A stretch of 64,000 nucleotides of DNA from Clostridia bacterium (GTDB lineage Bacteria; Bacillota; Clostridia; Christensenellales; UBA1242). Shown piece after piece: positions 1 through 9,370 of the stretch (within the stretch, counting starts at the first letter, position 1; every line of letters starts with the position of its first letter). Location of the stretch: the NCBI GenBank assembly GCA_045594425.1, contig JAZNYK010000007.1, forward strand, positions 72,786 to 136,785. The letters are read 5' to 3'. Below the pieces are notes generated by a model that was not told the DNA's origin, did not search any database, and saw nothing but the letters and a program-made list of their open reading frames with translations. The position numbers were made by a program, and so were the translations under genes.

Positions 1-186
1 CATAATTGTTGAGTCAATTCCTGTTAAAAAGAATGTTTCACCAATACTAACCAAAACAACTGCTGCAATAAACTTAAGTAGTGTTTCGGTTTCAAATTTA
101 TAGAAAAAAATGTGCACAAAAAGCACTATTACCAAAATCGGTAATAGTGCCAAAAATGTCTCACAAAATTTTCTAAAAAATTTCAT
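1..186 (-). CDS. Membrane protein, N-terminal part only (gene runs off window start); DUF1538-like
   Basis: ATG at 186-184 preceded by GGGTGA. The reverse translation MKFFRKFCETFLALLPILVIVLFVHIFFYKFETETLLKFIAAVVLVSIGETFFLTGIDSTIM stays open to position 1. The hydrophobic pattern resembles DUF1538 N-termini. Absent from the ORF track because no stop lies in the window. Confidence 0.5.
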   Translation of the reverse strand, partial: MKFFRKFCETFLALLPILVIVLFVHIFFYKFETETLLKFIAAVVLVSIGETFFLTGIDSTIM

Positions 187-195
187 CAATTCACC

Positions 196-2379
196 CTAGT
201 CAAAATTTATACCACCAATGATGTCGCTATCAATCTTTCTTCTTGGTGTTCTTGTATGAGAACGAGATGTTCTCCTTGTTGTAGTTTTCTTACGTGTGGT
301 TGTTTTCTTAACTGTCTTTTTAGGAGTTTCTTCAATCTCCTCAATAACTTCAACCTCCTCAACCTTTGCAGGTTTTGGCTCTTTAGATTTTTCTTCTTCA
401 ACAACTTCTTTTTGCAATTTAGATGCAACTTCCAAAAGTTTCTTATCCATTTCAAGATTAGAAATGTTAAGGTTGTTTTCAAGTTCCTTTTTAAGCATAA
501 CACCAATTTTAACACGTTCTGAAGAAATTTTTCCAGATTCAAGAATCTCTTCTTCACGCTTCTTAAATTTAGTTTCTGCTTTTTTCATCTTGATATCATG
601 TTTAAGTTTATCAAGGTAAGCCTGTTTCTTAAGTTCTTCATCACGCTTTCTAAATGACTCTTCAAGTTGTCTAAGTTTGGCCTCATATTGCTCAGCAACA
701 CGACTCTTTTCAAGTTCGGCTTGTCTTAATTTTTCAAGAGCCTCTGCATCTGCTCTCTTGTTTGCTTCCATCATTTCAAGAATCTTCGCTTGAAGTTCAA
801 CTTGTTGTTTTTGAATTTCATCATCTGGTGGCGGTGAAACATATCCAAATCCACCAACAATTGTTTGATTTGAACCAGGCACAATAGATGGTGTTGGAGT
901 TGTTGTGTTAATTGTGATGCCTTGGGCATATTCAGAAGGGTCAACCCCTCCAACAAATTCAAAGCCATCATCCAAAGAATCTAATGGGTCAGAAGTTCCA
1001 ACTACACCTGTTGGAACAACCTCTGGCTGTTCAGCGCCTTTCTTATACATTTCAGTAAACTTAGTCACAAGTTCATCTGTCATGGTTTTAAGGTCATCTT
1101 TAGTTAAAATATCGTCACGAGTAATTCGTGTTCCACTAACAAACTCACCAGCATCAATTCCTGTGTGTTGTTCAGAAACATCCAAACCAGTTTCATCTAC
1201 TGGTGATTCTTCACCAACTTTACTTTCAGTTCCATCAATTGGTGTTTCTGCTCCTGTATGTGTTTCTGAAACATCTCCAATTCCTGCAGTTTCTGAAACT
1301 TCATCAACACCAGTTTCTGAAACATCACCAGTTGCAACTTCATCTAATGGCTCTTCTGTTTCACTCAAAACATCTTCTTGCTCACCTAACACAGATGCAG
1401 TTTGTGGAGTTCTTGCTGGTGCCCCCGTTGGAGTTTTATTAATCTCAAAGAATCTCTTGTGGCTAACCTTTGGTGCGGTTTTATTGGCTTCATCTTCTTC
1501 TTGTTCACCAATAAGTTTTTTATTAATTTTTTCAATATCGTCAACTTCGATGTCTTCATCTTCTTCAACACCAAGTTTGCTTAAATCAAATTCGTCATTA
1601 TCTTCACTTCCACCCTTTGCAATAGTAGAAAGTTCGTTTCCTGAAATAACTTTTTCAGATTTAGCAGTTTCTTTTTCAATTTTATCAAGTCTAGTTCTAA
1701 CTTTATCAAGTTCAGATTTTTCAAAAGCAAATCTTTCACCACTAATATTTTCATCAAATGTAATATCTTCAACGTTAACTGCAGAAGACAATCCAAAGTT
1801 TTCATCTTGTGAAGAATCAGGAACGACTTTTTGTATATCATCACCAAGAGGTTCAAGCAAGTCATCATTAAGTTCAAACTTATCTTTAACTTTTGCTTGT
1901 TCTTCAAGTTTGTGCAAATAACTATCAAGTGAATATTTTTTGTATGTTGGGTCGTCAGTTGAAAGTTGTGTAATAGGTTTTTGTGTATCTGAAGTCATTT
2001 GGTCAGAATCATTATACATTTTTGATTCAGAGTTTTTGTTCATATAATCAGTAAGCGAGAACCTTGACTCTGTTTCAGCAGATTCACCAATCTTTTGTTC
2101 TGCTTCTCTAAAGTTTTTATTTTTCCATGAAGAAAAATTACCCATATCCACAGGAGTTGTTCTTTGTTTTCTAGGTCCAAAGAACTTACCAAATGGGCTT
2201 GGTTCAAACTTATTACTTAAATTTTTACGTGCAACAGGTGCTTCATCTTCTTTTTTAGATTCGTCAATCAAACTGCTATCAGTCGAAAGAATGTTAATGA
2301 TAACTGGTTCATCTTTTGTTGACTTAAGTGCTTTTCTAAACAAAGAATGGTCTTCACCCTTGAAGAAAAAATTAAACAT
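196..2379 (-). CDS. Large acidic, coiled-coil, low-complexity protein of unknown function with a basic Thr/Arg/Lys tail
   Basis: 727 aa ORF with SD AAGGGTG upstream. It has a central D/E/S/T-rich region with DVSET-type repeats, a long K/E coiled-coil segment, a TTTRKKTTTRRTSRSHTRTPRRK tail and ends DIIGGINFD. No recognisable family. Confidence 0.6.
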   Translation of the reverse strand: MFNFFFKGEDHSLFRKALKSTKDEPVIINILSTDSSLIDESKKEDEAPVARKNLSNKFEPSPFGKFFGPRKQRTTPVDMGNFSSWKNKNFREAEQKIGESAETESRFSLTDYMNKNSESKMYNDSDQMTSDTQKPITQLSTDDPTYKKYSLDSYLHKLEEQAKVKDKFELNDDLLEPLGDDIQKVVPDSSQDENFGLSSAVNVEDITFDENISGERFAFEKSELDKVRTRLDKIEKETAKSEKVISGNELSTIAKGGSEDNDEFDLSKLGVEEDEDIEVDDIEKINKKLIGEQEEDEANKTAPKVSHKRFFEINKTPTGAPARTPQTASVLGEQEDVLSETEEPLDEVATGDVSETGVDEVSETAGIGDVSETHTGAETPIDGTESKVGEESPVDETGLDVSEQHTGIDAGEFVSGTRITRDDILTKDDLKTMTDELVTKFTEMYKKGAEQPEVVPTGVVGTSDPLDSLDDGFEFVGGVDPSEYAQGITINTTTPTPSIVPGSNQTIVGGFGYVSPPPDDEIQKQQVELQAKILEMMEANKRADAEALEKLRQAELEKSRVAEQYEAKLRQLEESFRKRDEELKKQAYLDKLKHDIKMKKAETKFKKREEEILESGKISSERVKIGVMLKKELENNLNISNLEMDKKLLEVASKLQKEVVEEEKSKEPKPAKVEEVEVIEEIEETPKKTVKKTTTRKKTTTRRTSRSHTRTPRRKIDSDIIGGINFD

Positions 2380-2408
2380 ACTACACCCTTTTATAAAATA
2401 CTAATATT

Positions 2409-2437
2409 AGTATACAATACTTGCAAAATATTTACAA
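2409..2437 (-). promoter_or_regulatory. Candidate sigma-A promoter (TTGTAA-17-TATACT) for the 727-aa gene
   Basis: The minus strand reads TTGTAA (2437-2432), a 17 nt spacer, then TATACT (2414-2409), about 30 nt upstream of the ATG at 2379. Confidence 0.4.
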
Positions 2438-2464
2438 AACAAATTGGGCTTAAATCAACAAAAT

Positions 2465-2500
2465 AATAAAAAAAATTCGTTATAAAAAATATAACGAATC
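2465..2500 (-). terminator. Rho-independent terminator after ddl
   Basis: Perfect 10-bp stem ATTCGTTATA/TATAACGAAT (2476-2485 and 2491-2500) with a 5-nt loop, followed by a U-run on the minus strand. Confidence 0.7.
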
Positions 2501-2504
2501 TCAT

Positions 2505-3668
2505 TTAATCTAAAATATTAGTTACAAATTCTTTGTTTATTTTTGCCCTATCATTCCACGCAACTTCCGATATTTTCACAAGTCTTTCAACAAAATCATT
2601 CAAAACAATCTTTGTTCCCTCAAAAAAATAATATGCTAATGACCCAGGAACAGAATTAACCTCACAAACGTATAATTTGTTACTTTCTTCATTAAACAAA
2701 AAATCTATTCTAACCACGCCAACAAGTTTTAAGTTTTTAAATATTTTTGACGCAATTTTTTTAATTTGCCCTCTTAATTCATCGGAAATTTCCGCTGGAA
2801 ATCTACGCTTTTGTGAAGCCATTGAATTATCTGTTTCAGCAAGTTTTTTTGAGGATTTTTCTCCAGATAAATACTTATCTGCAAATGACAAAACTTCATT
2901 ATTTTTTATTGGTTCATCAATTTCTGAAACTTCAAATTTTTCACTTGTCCCAATAACAGCAACATTAAACTCTCTTGCATTTGGCACATATTTTTCAACA
3001 ATTAACTCATAATCAAACTCAAATGCTTCTTTTACCTTTGCATCAAAATCATCATATGATTCCGCAACAAACAAACCAATTGAACTTCCTCCATTGCATG
3101 GTTTTATAACCACAGGAAACCTCATAAATCGAAGGCGCAAAAACAATTTATTTTTATACTCATTTTGCAAATAATCTGATTTTAATAACTTAAATCCACT
3201 AACAACTGAAACGCTCATGCCCCTCATCGTTTGTTTAAATAAATATTTATTCATGCAAACAGTTAAGGCATCAAAATTTCCAGATGAACATTTTATTCCC
3301 ATGTTTTCAAACAATGAAATCAGTTTACCATTTTCACCGCAGCCACCATGACAAGCAATAATTGCATTTTCAATAAACAAACATTCTTTTAACCCAAAGA
3401 CACTTTTTTTAAATAATCTATTATTTTCACCGCTAACAAAAGCAACTTCTTTTAACTTTTTGTTTTTCGTCTTAAACCCATTTTGTGAAAAGTCTTTTAT
3501 ATCAAATACCTTGTTTTCATATAAAAACATTTTGTTTTCACGTGAAATATATAATGGTATTAATTTATATTTTTCACTTTTTGTTTTATTAAAAATTTGT
3601 GACGCAGTAACCACAGAAATATCATGTTCATAAGACATCCCACCAAAAACTAATAACACATTTTTCAT
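2505..3668 (-). CDS. ddl: D-alanine--D-alanine ligase
   Basis: MKNVLLVFGGMSYEHDISVVTA N-terminus and an ATP-grasp body typical of Ddl. Start moved to ATG 3668, which follows a GGGGGA SD. Confidence 0.9.
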   Translation of the reverse strand: MKNVLLVFGGMSYEHDISVVTASQIFNKTKSEKYKLIPLYISRENKMFLYENKVFDIKDFSQNGFKTKNKKLKEVAFVSGENNRLFKKSVFGLKECLFIENAIIACHGGCGENGKLISLFENMGIKCSSGNFDALTVCMNKYLFKQTMRGMSVSVVSGFKLLKSDYLQNEYKNKLFLRLRFMRFPVVIKPCNGGSSIGLFVAESYDDFDAKVKEAFEFDYELIVEKYVPNAREFNVAVIGTSEKFEVSEIDEPIKNNEVLSFADKYLSGEKSSKKLAETDNSMASQKRRFPAEISDELRGQIKKIASKIFKNLKLVGVVRIDFLFNEESNKLYVCEVNSVPGSLAYYFFEGTKIVLNDFVERLVKISEVAWNDRAKINKEFVTNILD

Positions 3669-3725
3669 TTTGTATCCCCCATATATAATATGAGATAACA
3701 AATAAAAACGTTATTAGTTATTCAA

Positions 3726-3760
3726 CAAAAAAAGAGCCAAAGATTTTAGGTTTGGCTCTT
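3726..3760 (-). terminator. Rho-independent terminator after murF
   Basis: Stem AGAGCCAAA/TTTGGCTCT (3733-3741 and 3751-3759) followed by a U-run on the minus strand. Confidence 0.65.
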
Positions 3761-3764
3761 AATT

Positions 3765-5414
3765 TTATGAATAGTTATCAGGCAAATCATTTTCAAACAA
3801 AACAACATCTTCAGAAGTTGCAAGTTTGTTAAGCATTTCAACTGCCTGCGTCAAATTTCCAACATGAATTATATTTTCTTCATTAAACCCAGCATAAATA
3901 AGCCCCGCCTTAATTGCTTCATGATTAATAGTGCAATCAATAATCACATAATCACAAACAGCAGCCATATCCCTACCAAATTCAAAATTACAATTAAATT
4001 GTTCTTCTCCAAGTTCTACAAGTCCTGGAGTTATAACAAATTTTTTCCCACCAAAATTTGAAAGAACCTCCAAACTTGCTTTGCTTCCTTCAACTGAACT
4101 ATTATATGCATCATCAATAATTGTGTATGTGCTAGATGATTTCACAATTTCAAGCCTGTGTGGAATTGTTCTTAATTTTTCAATAGCATTAGCAATTTCT
4201 TCTAGCGTTAATCCTAAAGATATTGCAACTCTGCTGGCGAGCAATATATTTGAAATATTATGTTTTCCAAGCAAAATAGTTTTGCACTTAACTGATTTAT
4301 TTTCATAAACCAGTTCAAATGAAGAGCCATCTTTTGTCGATTTTATGTTTTTTGCGTAGATACAAGATTTTTCTTCATCAACTGAAACCTTTATTGCAGT
4401 TTTAAAATCATCTGCAAGTTGTTTTGAAAGTTCATTGTCAACATTAACAAACAAATCGCCTTTGTTATCAAAAACATATTCAGCAAGTTCTGCTTTTGTT
4501 TTCACAAGATTTTCAATAGAACCAAAAGTTAACAAATGTTGATTTCCAACACCAGTGATAACTCCAATTTGTGGCTTAACCATCAAACATAATTCTTGAA
4601 TATCAAAACGCTGTTTTGCACCCATTTCTGCAATAAACACTTCGTCATCATCTGCAAGATTACAAAGTATTGTCTTTGCTATTCCTAGTGGTGTGTTATA
4701 ACTTGATGGACTTGCACAAACTTTATATTTTTCAGAAAGTATTGTGCCTAAAATGTTTTTCACAGTAGTTTTGCCATAAGAGCCTGTTACACCAATCACT
4801 TTCAAATCTTTTCTTAATTCAAGTTTCTTTTTTGCTTTTTTAATGTAAGAATTTGAAATCAACTTTTCAATTGGCCATGTGATAAAGTAAGCCAAAAACA
4901 CAAACAATGGCAACGTCACAGGAATTATTCCAATAAGACCAAATGAAAGATAAGGAACAAATTTATAACCTAAATATTGAACAATCCAAGTAAACACGCC
5001 AACCAAAATTGCAAAAACCACAACAAGTCTTGTCATTCTTTTTGTATACTTAAGTGGGGTTTTTTGTTTTGCTGTAAACAAGTTTGCGATAAACATAGAA
5101 CAAAACAGAATATAAAACAATATGCTGATATACGATAAAACCTTTTCAACAAAAAAATCTGAAAGCAAAACATTAGTAATAAGCATTGCGGCAAGCGATA
5201 AAAATGTGAGCATAAAAAGCCTAGAAACATAAGAATATTTTGTTTCTTTAAACCATTTTGCATATCCATTAAGTTTATATCCAGTTAGTTGCAACATCTG
5301 AAGAAGTTTGTAACCAACAAACACCATCAAAACAGTTGAAACAACTGCAAGAACTGCAAACATAACAAAATCTAATTTTCCGCTAAAAACAGCGCCAGCA
5401 ATAAAGTTTTTCAT
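3765..5414 (-). CDS. murF: UDP-MurNAc-tripeptide--D-Ala-D-Ala ligase (MurF) with an N-terminal polytopic membrane domain
   Basis: Mur ligase motifs GVTGSYGKTT, NTPLGIAKT, EMGA...GVGNQHL and IDDAYNSS. The first ~190 aa are hydrophobic helices. Start at ATG 5414, 5 nt after a GGTGG SD. Confidence 0.85.
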   Translation of the reverse strand: MKNFIAGAVFSGKLDFVMFAVLAVVSTVLMVFVGYKLLQMLQLTGYKLNGYAKWFKETKYSYVSRLFMLTFLSLAAMLITNVLLSDFFVEKVLSYISILFYILFCSMFIANLFTAKQKTPLKYTKRMTRLVVVFAILVGVFTWIVQYLGYKFVPYLSFGLIGIIPVTLPLFVFLAYFITWPIEKLISNSYIKKAKKKLELRKDLKVIGVTGSYGKTTVKNILGTILSEKYKVCASPSSYNTPLGIAKTILCNLADDDEVFIAEMGAKQRFDIQELCLMVKPQIGVITGVGNQHLLTFGSIENLVKTKAELAEYVFDNKGDLFVNVDNELSKQLADDFKTAIKVSVDEEKSCIYAKNIKSTKDGSSFELVYENKSVKCKTILLGKHNISNILLASRVAISLGLTLEEIANAIEKLRTIPHRLEIVKSSSTYTIIDDAYNSSVEGSKASLEVLSNFGGKKFVITPGLVELGEEQFNCNFEFGRDMAAVCDYVIIDCTINHEAIKAGLIYAGFNEENIIHVGNLTQAVEMLNKLATSEDVVLFENDLPDNYS

Positions 5415-5438
5415 GTAAACCACCTTATTTAAATTTTA

Positions 5439-6158
5439 TTAGTTTTTAACAAACCTGTCAAGAAGAAATAAAAATTCGTTTTGTCTATCCAAAAATGAAA
5501 AATGTCCAGCATTCTTCAAAATGTAAAGGTCGGATTTTTCAATCAACCTATGAAGTTTTTTTGCCATATACAACTTTGTGTCTTTATCTTTTTCTCCCCA
5601 AATTAAAAGCGTATCACATTTGATATTTTTTGCAAAAAGCGACAAATCTTCATTAACAACATTAACAAAAACCTTTTTCATGTTTTGTGACAAACACTTA
5701 TAATCTGATGAACCAAATGTTTTTAACTTTTCTCGATGCTTTTGTGACTTAACAGCCTTTCTCTTACACCTTTTATAAGCCAAAACATTAAGATAATATT
5801 TCAGCGTTCGCTTTGGCAAAATACCAGCAGAATCAACCAAACACAACCTAAACCTATCAAATTCGTTTTGAAATAAAAAAGCGAACTTAATTGCAACCCT
5901 TCCACCAAAAGAATGTCCAACAATCAAAAGTTCTTCAATTTCATATTCATCAAGAACGCACATAAGTTCATTTGCATAATCACTCACATGATATTCCACA
6001 GAAGGTTCTTCAGAATTTCCAAATCCAGGAAAATCAACAAACAAAAGTGAGTATTCATCAAAATAATCTTTGAGCCACAAAAACGATTTATGGTCTGCAC
6101 CCCAACCATGCAAAAAAACAATAAATTTTTTTGATGAACCAAATTTTAAATGAAACAT
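5439..6158 (-). CDS. Alpha/beta-fold hydrolase
   Basis: HGWG oxyanion motif and GHSFGG nucleophile elbow; 239 aa. Confidence 0.75.
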   Translation of the reverse strand: MFHLKFGSSKKFIVFLHGWGADHKSFLWLKDYFDEYSLLFVDFPGFGNSEEPSVEYHVSDYANELMCVLDEYEIEELLIVGHSFGGRVAIKFAFLFQNEFDRFRLCLVDSAGILPKRTLKYYLNVLAYKRCKRKAVKSQKHREKLKTFGSSDYKCLSQNMKKVFVNVVNEDLSLFAKNIKCDTLLIWGEKDKDTKLYMAKKLHRLIEKSDLYILKNAGHFSFLDRQNEFLFLLDRFVKN

Positions 6159-6171
6159 AAAATCATCATAA

Positions 6172-6609
6172 TCAAATTATATCCAACTTCATTAAAATGG
6201 CGTCATTGTTGCCATAATAATTTTTTCTTGTGCCATAGCAAACAAAACCATATTTTTCATAAAGTTTTATTGCCTTGTTATTTATACTATTCACTTCAAG
6301 CAAAATTGTGTCACAACTATTTTCTTTCACAAGATTCAAAAAATAGTCCATCAATATTTTTGAATAACCGTTTCCCTGCTTGTCTTTTTTTATTGCAATA
6401 TCAAAAAGTTCCGCTTCTGGAGCAATTATCGAACACTCAAAAAAACCAATAACATCATCACCTTCAATCAAAACATAATAAGCAAGTGTCTTGCTTTCAA
6501 GAGTCTTTTCAATTGTTTCAAAAGAGGCATTTCCAATCAGTTCTTTTTCTAGTTCATAAACTTTTTGAATATACTTTTCAGATAATTTTTCAATCACTAA
6601 ATTTTTCAT
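6172..6609 (-). CDS. rimI: GNAT acetyltransferase, RimI-like (ribosomal-protein-alanine N-acetyltransferase)
   Basis: GNAT core (QGNGYSKILM). Sits in the conserved position directly after tsaE-tsaB. Confidence 0.75.
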   Translation of the reverse strand: MKNLVIEKLSEKYIQKVYELEKELIGNASFETIEKTLESKTLAYYVLIEGDDVIGFFECSIIAPEAELFDIAIKKDKQGNGYSKILMDYFLNLVKENSCDTILLEVNSINNKAIKLYEKYGFVCYGTRKNYYGNNDAILMKLDII

Positions 6610-6613
6610 AAAC

Positions 6614-7267
6614 TTATTTACCAGTAGTTTGATTTAATTTTTTATTACGTTCAATTTCTGCTTGAGATGCTCTTAAATAAATTGGATTAATCTCGTTTAT
6701 ATTAATAAATAAATTATTCTCTATCTTGTATTTAAAGCATAAAATTGTGTTATTTTTTGCAATTTTAGATTCAATTTTTAATAATTCCAACTTTTGTTTA
6801 ACAACATCATTTTGTGCATATACATCAATATTTTTTAATTCATCAAAATATTCTTTAGCAAAATCATTAATATTCACACATTCATCAACTGTTTTTTCAC
6901 CAACAATTTTTCTAACATAAACAAACTCTGAAAATCCATCAAGAACAAACACAGCGTCACCAGTTATTCCATGTTGAATTATATCAAAATTAGACGCAAC
7001 CACCACTTTAACTTTAGATTCTACTGAAAGTCCTTTACAAATTGAAATTGCAACTCTTATTCCTGTAAAACTTCCAGGTCCTTCACAGACACCAACAACA
7101 TCCAAATCTTTAACTGTCAATCCAGCCTGCGTTAAAAGTTCATCAACACACAACAAAAGTTCATCAGTATGCTTTTTCTGATTTTCATCTATTTTTGAAA
7201 TAACATTTTCTCCAGCACACAAATAAACCTTCATGCCAGCAGAACAATCAATAATCAAACTATTCAT
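6614..7267 (-). CDS. tsaB: tRNA t6A biosynthesis protein TsaB
   Basis: MNSLIIDCSAG... and GPGSFTGIRVAIS motifs typical of TsaB/YeaZ. Start at ATG 7267 after an AAGGTGA SD. Confidence 0.85.
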   Translation of the reverse strand: MNSLIIDCSAGMKVYLCAGENVISKIDENQKKHTDELLLCVDELLTQAGLTVKDLDVVGVCEGPGSFTGIRVAISICKGLSVESKVKVVVASNFDIIQHGITGDAVFVLDGFSEFVYVRKIVGEKTVDECVNINDFAKEYFDELKNIDVYAQNDVVKQKLELLKIESKIAKNNTILCFKYKIENNLFININEINPIYLRASQAEIERNKKLNQTTGK

Positions 7268-7271
7268 AAAA

Positions 7272-7691
7272 TCACCTTTCAATAACAATCAATCTTTGTT
7301 CATCATTAACCTTTTTAATATTAACTTTTATAGCGTTTTTTGGAAAAACTTCAAATGCTCGTTCAGGCCACTCAACAATAGAAATTCCATTTGAATAAAA
7401 ATATTCTTCAGCCCCAATTGCATCAAGTTCAGACACATCCGAAATTCTATACAAATCAAAATGATACACCGCCGGTGTAGTGTCATAAACATTAACAATA
7501 ACAAATGTTGGTGACACCGCAGTAAGTTTTCCTTTAGAAAGTGCATTAACCACACCCTTTGTAAAAACTGTTTTTCCTGCACCCAAATCACCATCTAGCA
7601 AAACAATATCACCAGGTTTTAAAACATCTGCAAACTTTTTAGCAAATTTAAATGTATCTTGTTCATTCTTTGAAATATATTCTGTAATCAT
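7272..7691 (-). CDS. tsaE: tRNA t6A biosynthesis ATPase TsaE
   Basis: GDLGAGKT Walker A and SPTF motif. The second ATG (7691) has 6-nt spacing from the AGAGG SD; the first ATG abuts the SD. Confidence 0.85.
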   Translation of the reverse strand: MITEYISKNEQDTFKFAKKFADVLKPGDIVLLDGDLGAGKTVFTKGVVNALSKGKLTAVSPTFVIVNVYDTTPAVYHFDLYRISDVSELDAIGAEEYFYSNGISIVEWPERAFEVFPKNAIKVNIKKVNDEQRLIVIER

Positions 7692-7748
7692 AAACATCCT
7701 CTAATAACCACATGATTATAACACAACACACTCAAATTAACAAGCGTG

Positions 7749-8417
7749 TTAAATAATTCTACTAGTTCCAAGTCTATCCGCACCCAAATTTATAAGTTCA
7801 ATGGCTTGCTCTCTAGTTCTTATTCCACCAGAGGCTTTAACTTGACATTTTCCAGCAACAGTTTTTTTCATCAACGAAATGTGTTCAGGTGTTGCACCTC
7901 CAGTTCCAAAACCAGTTGAAGTTTTTACAAAATCAACCTTTGCTCTCATACACACTTTGCAAAGTTTTACAATTTCATTTTCATCCATATAGCAGGTTTC
8001 TAATATCGCTTTAACAATATGATTTTTTGCGACTTTTTTAATTTTTGTTAATTCATTTTTAACATATTCAAAATCACCATTTTTCGCCCTGCCAATATTA
8101 ACAACAACATCAATCTCATCCGCTCCATCTTGAATCGCTTGTTTTGTTTCAAAAACTTTTGCTTCTATGGTGCTTGCACCAAGCGGAAATCCAACAACAG
8201 AAGCAACCTTAAGTTCACCATTTAAATTTTTTGAAATATATCCAGAGACATACTCAACATTACATGGATTAACACAAACTGAATAATATTGATTTTTATA
8301 TGCAACATCACACAATTTTTCTAAATCAACAAAAGTCGCTCTGGCATCAAGCAACGTAAAATCAACCTTACCATTCACCCCAGCAAGTTCATTTTTTGTT
8401 TCGTTTTTACCCAACAT
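7749..8417 (-). CDS. deoC: Deoxyribose-phosphate aldolase
   Basis: DeoC class I aldolase pattern (VCVNP, VVGFPLG, KTSTGF with Schiff-base Lys). The ATG at 8417 follows a GAGGTG SD; the longer track ORF begins at a TTG. Confidence 0.9.
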   Translation of the reverse strand: MLGKNETKNELAGVNGKVDFTLLDARATFVDLEKLCDVAYKNQYYSVCVNPCNVEYVSGYISKNLNGELKVASVVGFPLGASTIEAKVFETKQAIQDGADEIDVVVNIGRAKNGDFEYVKNELTKIKKVAKNHIVKAILETCYMDENEIVKLCKVCMRAKVDFVKTSTGFGTGGATPEHISLMKKTVAGKCQVKASGGIRTREQAIELINLGADRLGTSRII

Positions 8418-8524
8418 AAAACACCTCAAATATTTGATTTTCTCAACTATATTTTAACACATTCGTCATAAAAATAAAAAACGCTTTTAGTAATAAAATT
8501 AAACAAGTTGGACATAGTCTATAT

Positions 8525-9340
8525 ATGACAAAAAGCAAGTTAGCGATATTATTTGACACTTTTGTAATTAGCATAATTTCATGTTTTGTTTTATTTTTGT
8601 GGATTCAAAGATATTTAAAAAACGCATTTTTGTCACTTTTTATATGCATTTTTATATCTGTTTTGTTATTTTATGCGATTTTTTTGCAACAAATAAAAAA
8701 CCATAATCTAAAAAGATTAAAATTTAAAGATGCAAAAATCGCTGAAAATTATTTCTCTTATTTAACCTTCTGTCAAAATAATAACTATGTTTCATTTTTT
8801 GAAAAACTCTTATCTTGCAAACATATCACTGGTTATATTTTTGAAAACACAAAATTTATTTTCTATATAAATTTAAAAACAACATTATCTGAAAAAGATT
8901 TTTTTATTGCAAATGAACATTATCTATCAAATAACAAAACCAAAAATTTAATATTTATCTCCGCCTCAAACAATGAACAATTTTTAAAACTCACAGAGTC
9001 CTCTCCCAACAAATCCCTGCTATACAATAAATCCGATTTGTTTGATATTATGAAAACATTAAACATTTTTCCAAAACAAACTAGCAATCAACCAATCAAA
9101 AAACCTTCATTAAAAATGAGAGCAAAAAAATTAAGTTTGTCATTAACCAGAAACAGATTTAAAGATTTTTTTGTTTCTGGATTATCTCTTTTAACAATTT
9201 CTTTATTTATCCCATACTCGTTATATTACTTAATTTTTGGAAGCATATTAATCACTTTGTCACTGGCTTGTTTATTAAATAAACACAAATCACCTTTACC
9301 AAAAAAACAAGAATCATTATTAACTCTCATAAAAAAATAG
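8525..9340 (+). CDS. Membrane protein of unknown function (2 N-terminal and 2 C-terminal TM helices around a soluble middle domain)
   Basis: 271 aa ORF on the minority strand with clear hydrophobic helices at both ends. No family recognised. Confidence 0.55.
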   Translation: MTKSKLAILFDTFVISIISCFVLFLWIQRYLKNAFLSLFICIFISVLLFYAIFLQQIKNHNLKRLKFKDAKIAENYFSYLTFCQNNNYVSFFEKLLSCKHITGYIFENTKFIFYINLKTTLSEKDFFIANEHYLSNNKTKNLIFISASNNEQFLKLTESSPNKSLLYNKSDLFDIMKTLNIFPKQTSNQPIKKPSLKMRAKKLSLSLTRNRFKDFFVSGLSLLTISLFIPYSLYYLIFGSILITLSLACLLNKHKSPLPKKQESLLTLIKK

Positions 9341-9366
9341 CGCCATATTGTTGGCACTATTTTTTA
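9331..9366. terminator. Bidirectional terminator between convergent genes
   Basis: Hairpin ATAGCGCCA/TGGCACTAT (one G-U) with a 6-nt loop, an A-run on the left and a T-run on the right. Confidence 0.55.
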
Positions 9367-9370
9367 TATT

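Noticed and set aside
1200-1340. Repeated near-palindromic GTTTCTGAAAC units that might be protein-binding sites or a mini-array.
   Set aside because: They are in frame within the 727-aa ORF and encode the reiterated VSET peptide repeat on the minus strand. The spacing is irregular and there are no CRISPR-like unique spacers.
905-1921. 338-aa ORF on the plus strand, Ser/Thr/Pro-rich.
   Set aside because: It lies entirely antisense to the 727-aa acidic protein gene. Its S/T/V-rich composition is the mirror image of GAA/GAT-rich codons on the other strand. It has no SD or promoter and no family resemblance. It is treated as a shadow ORF.
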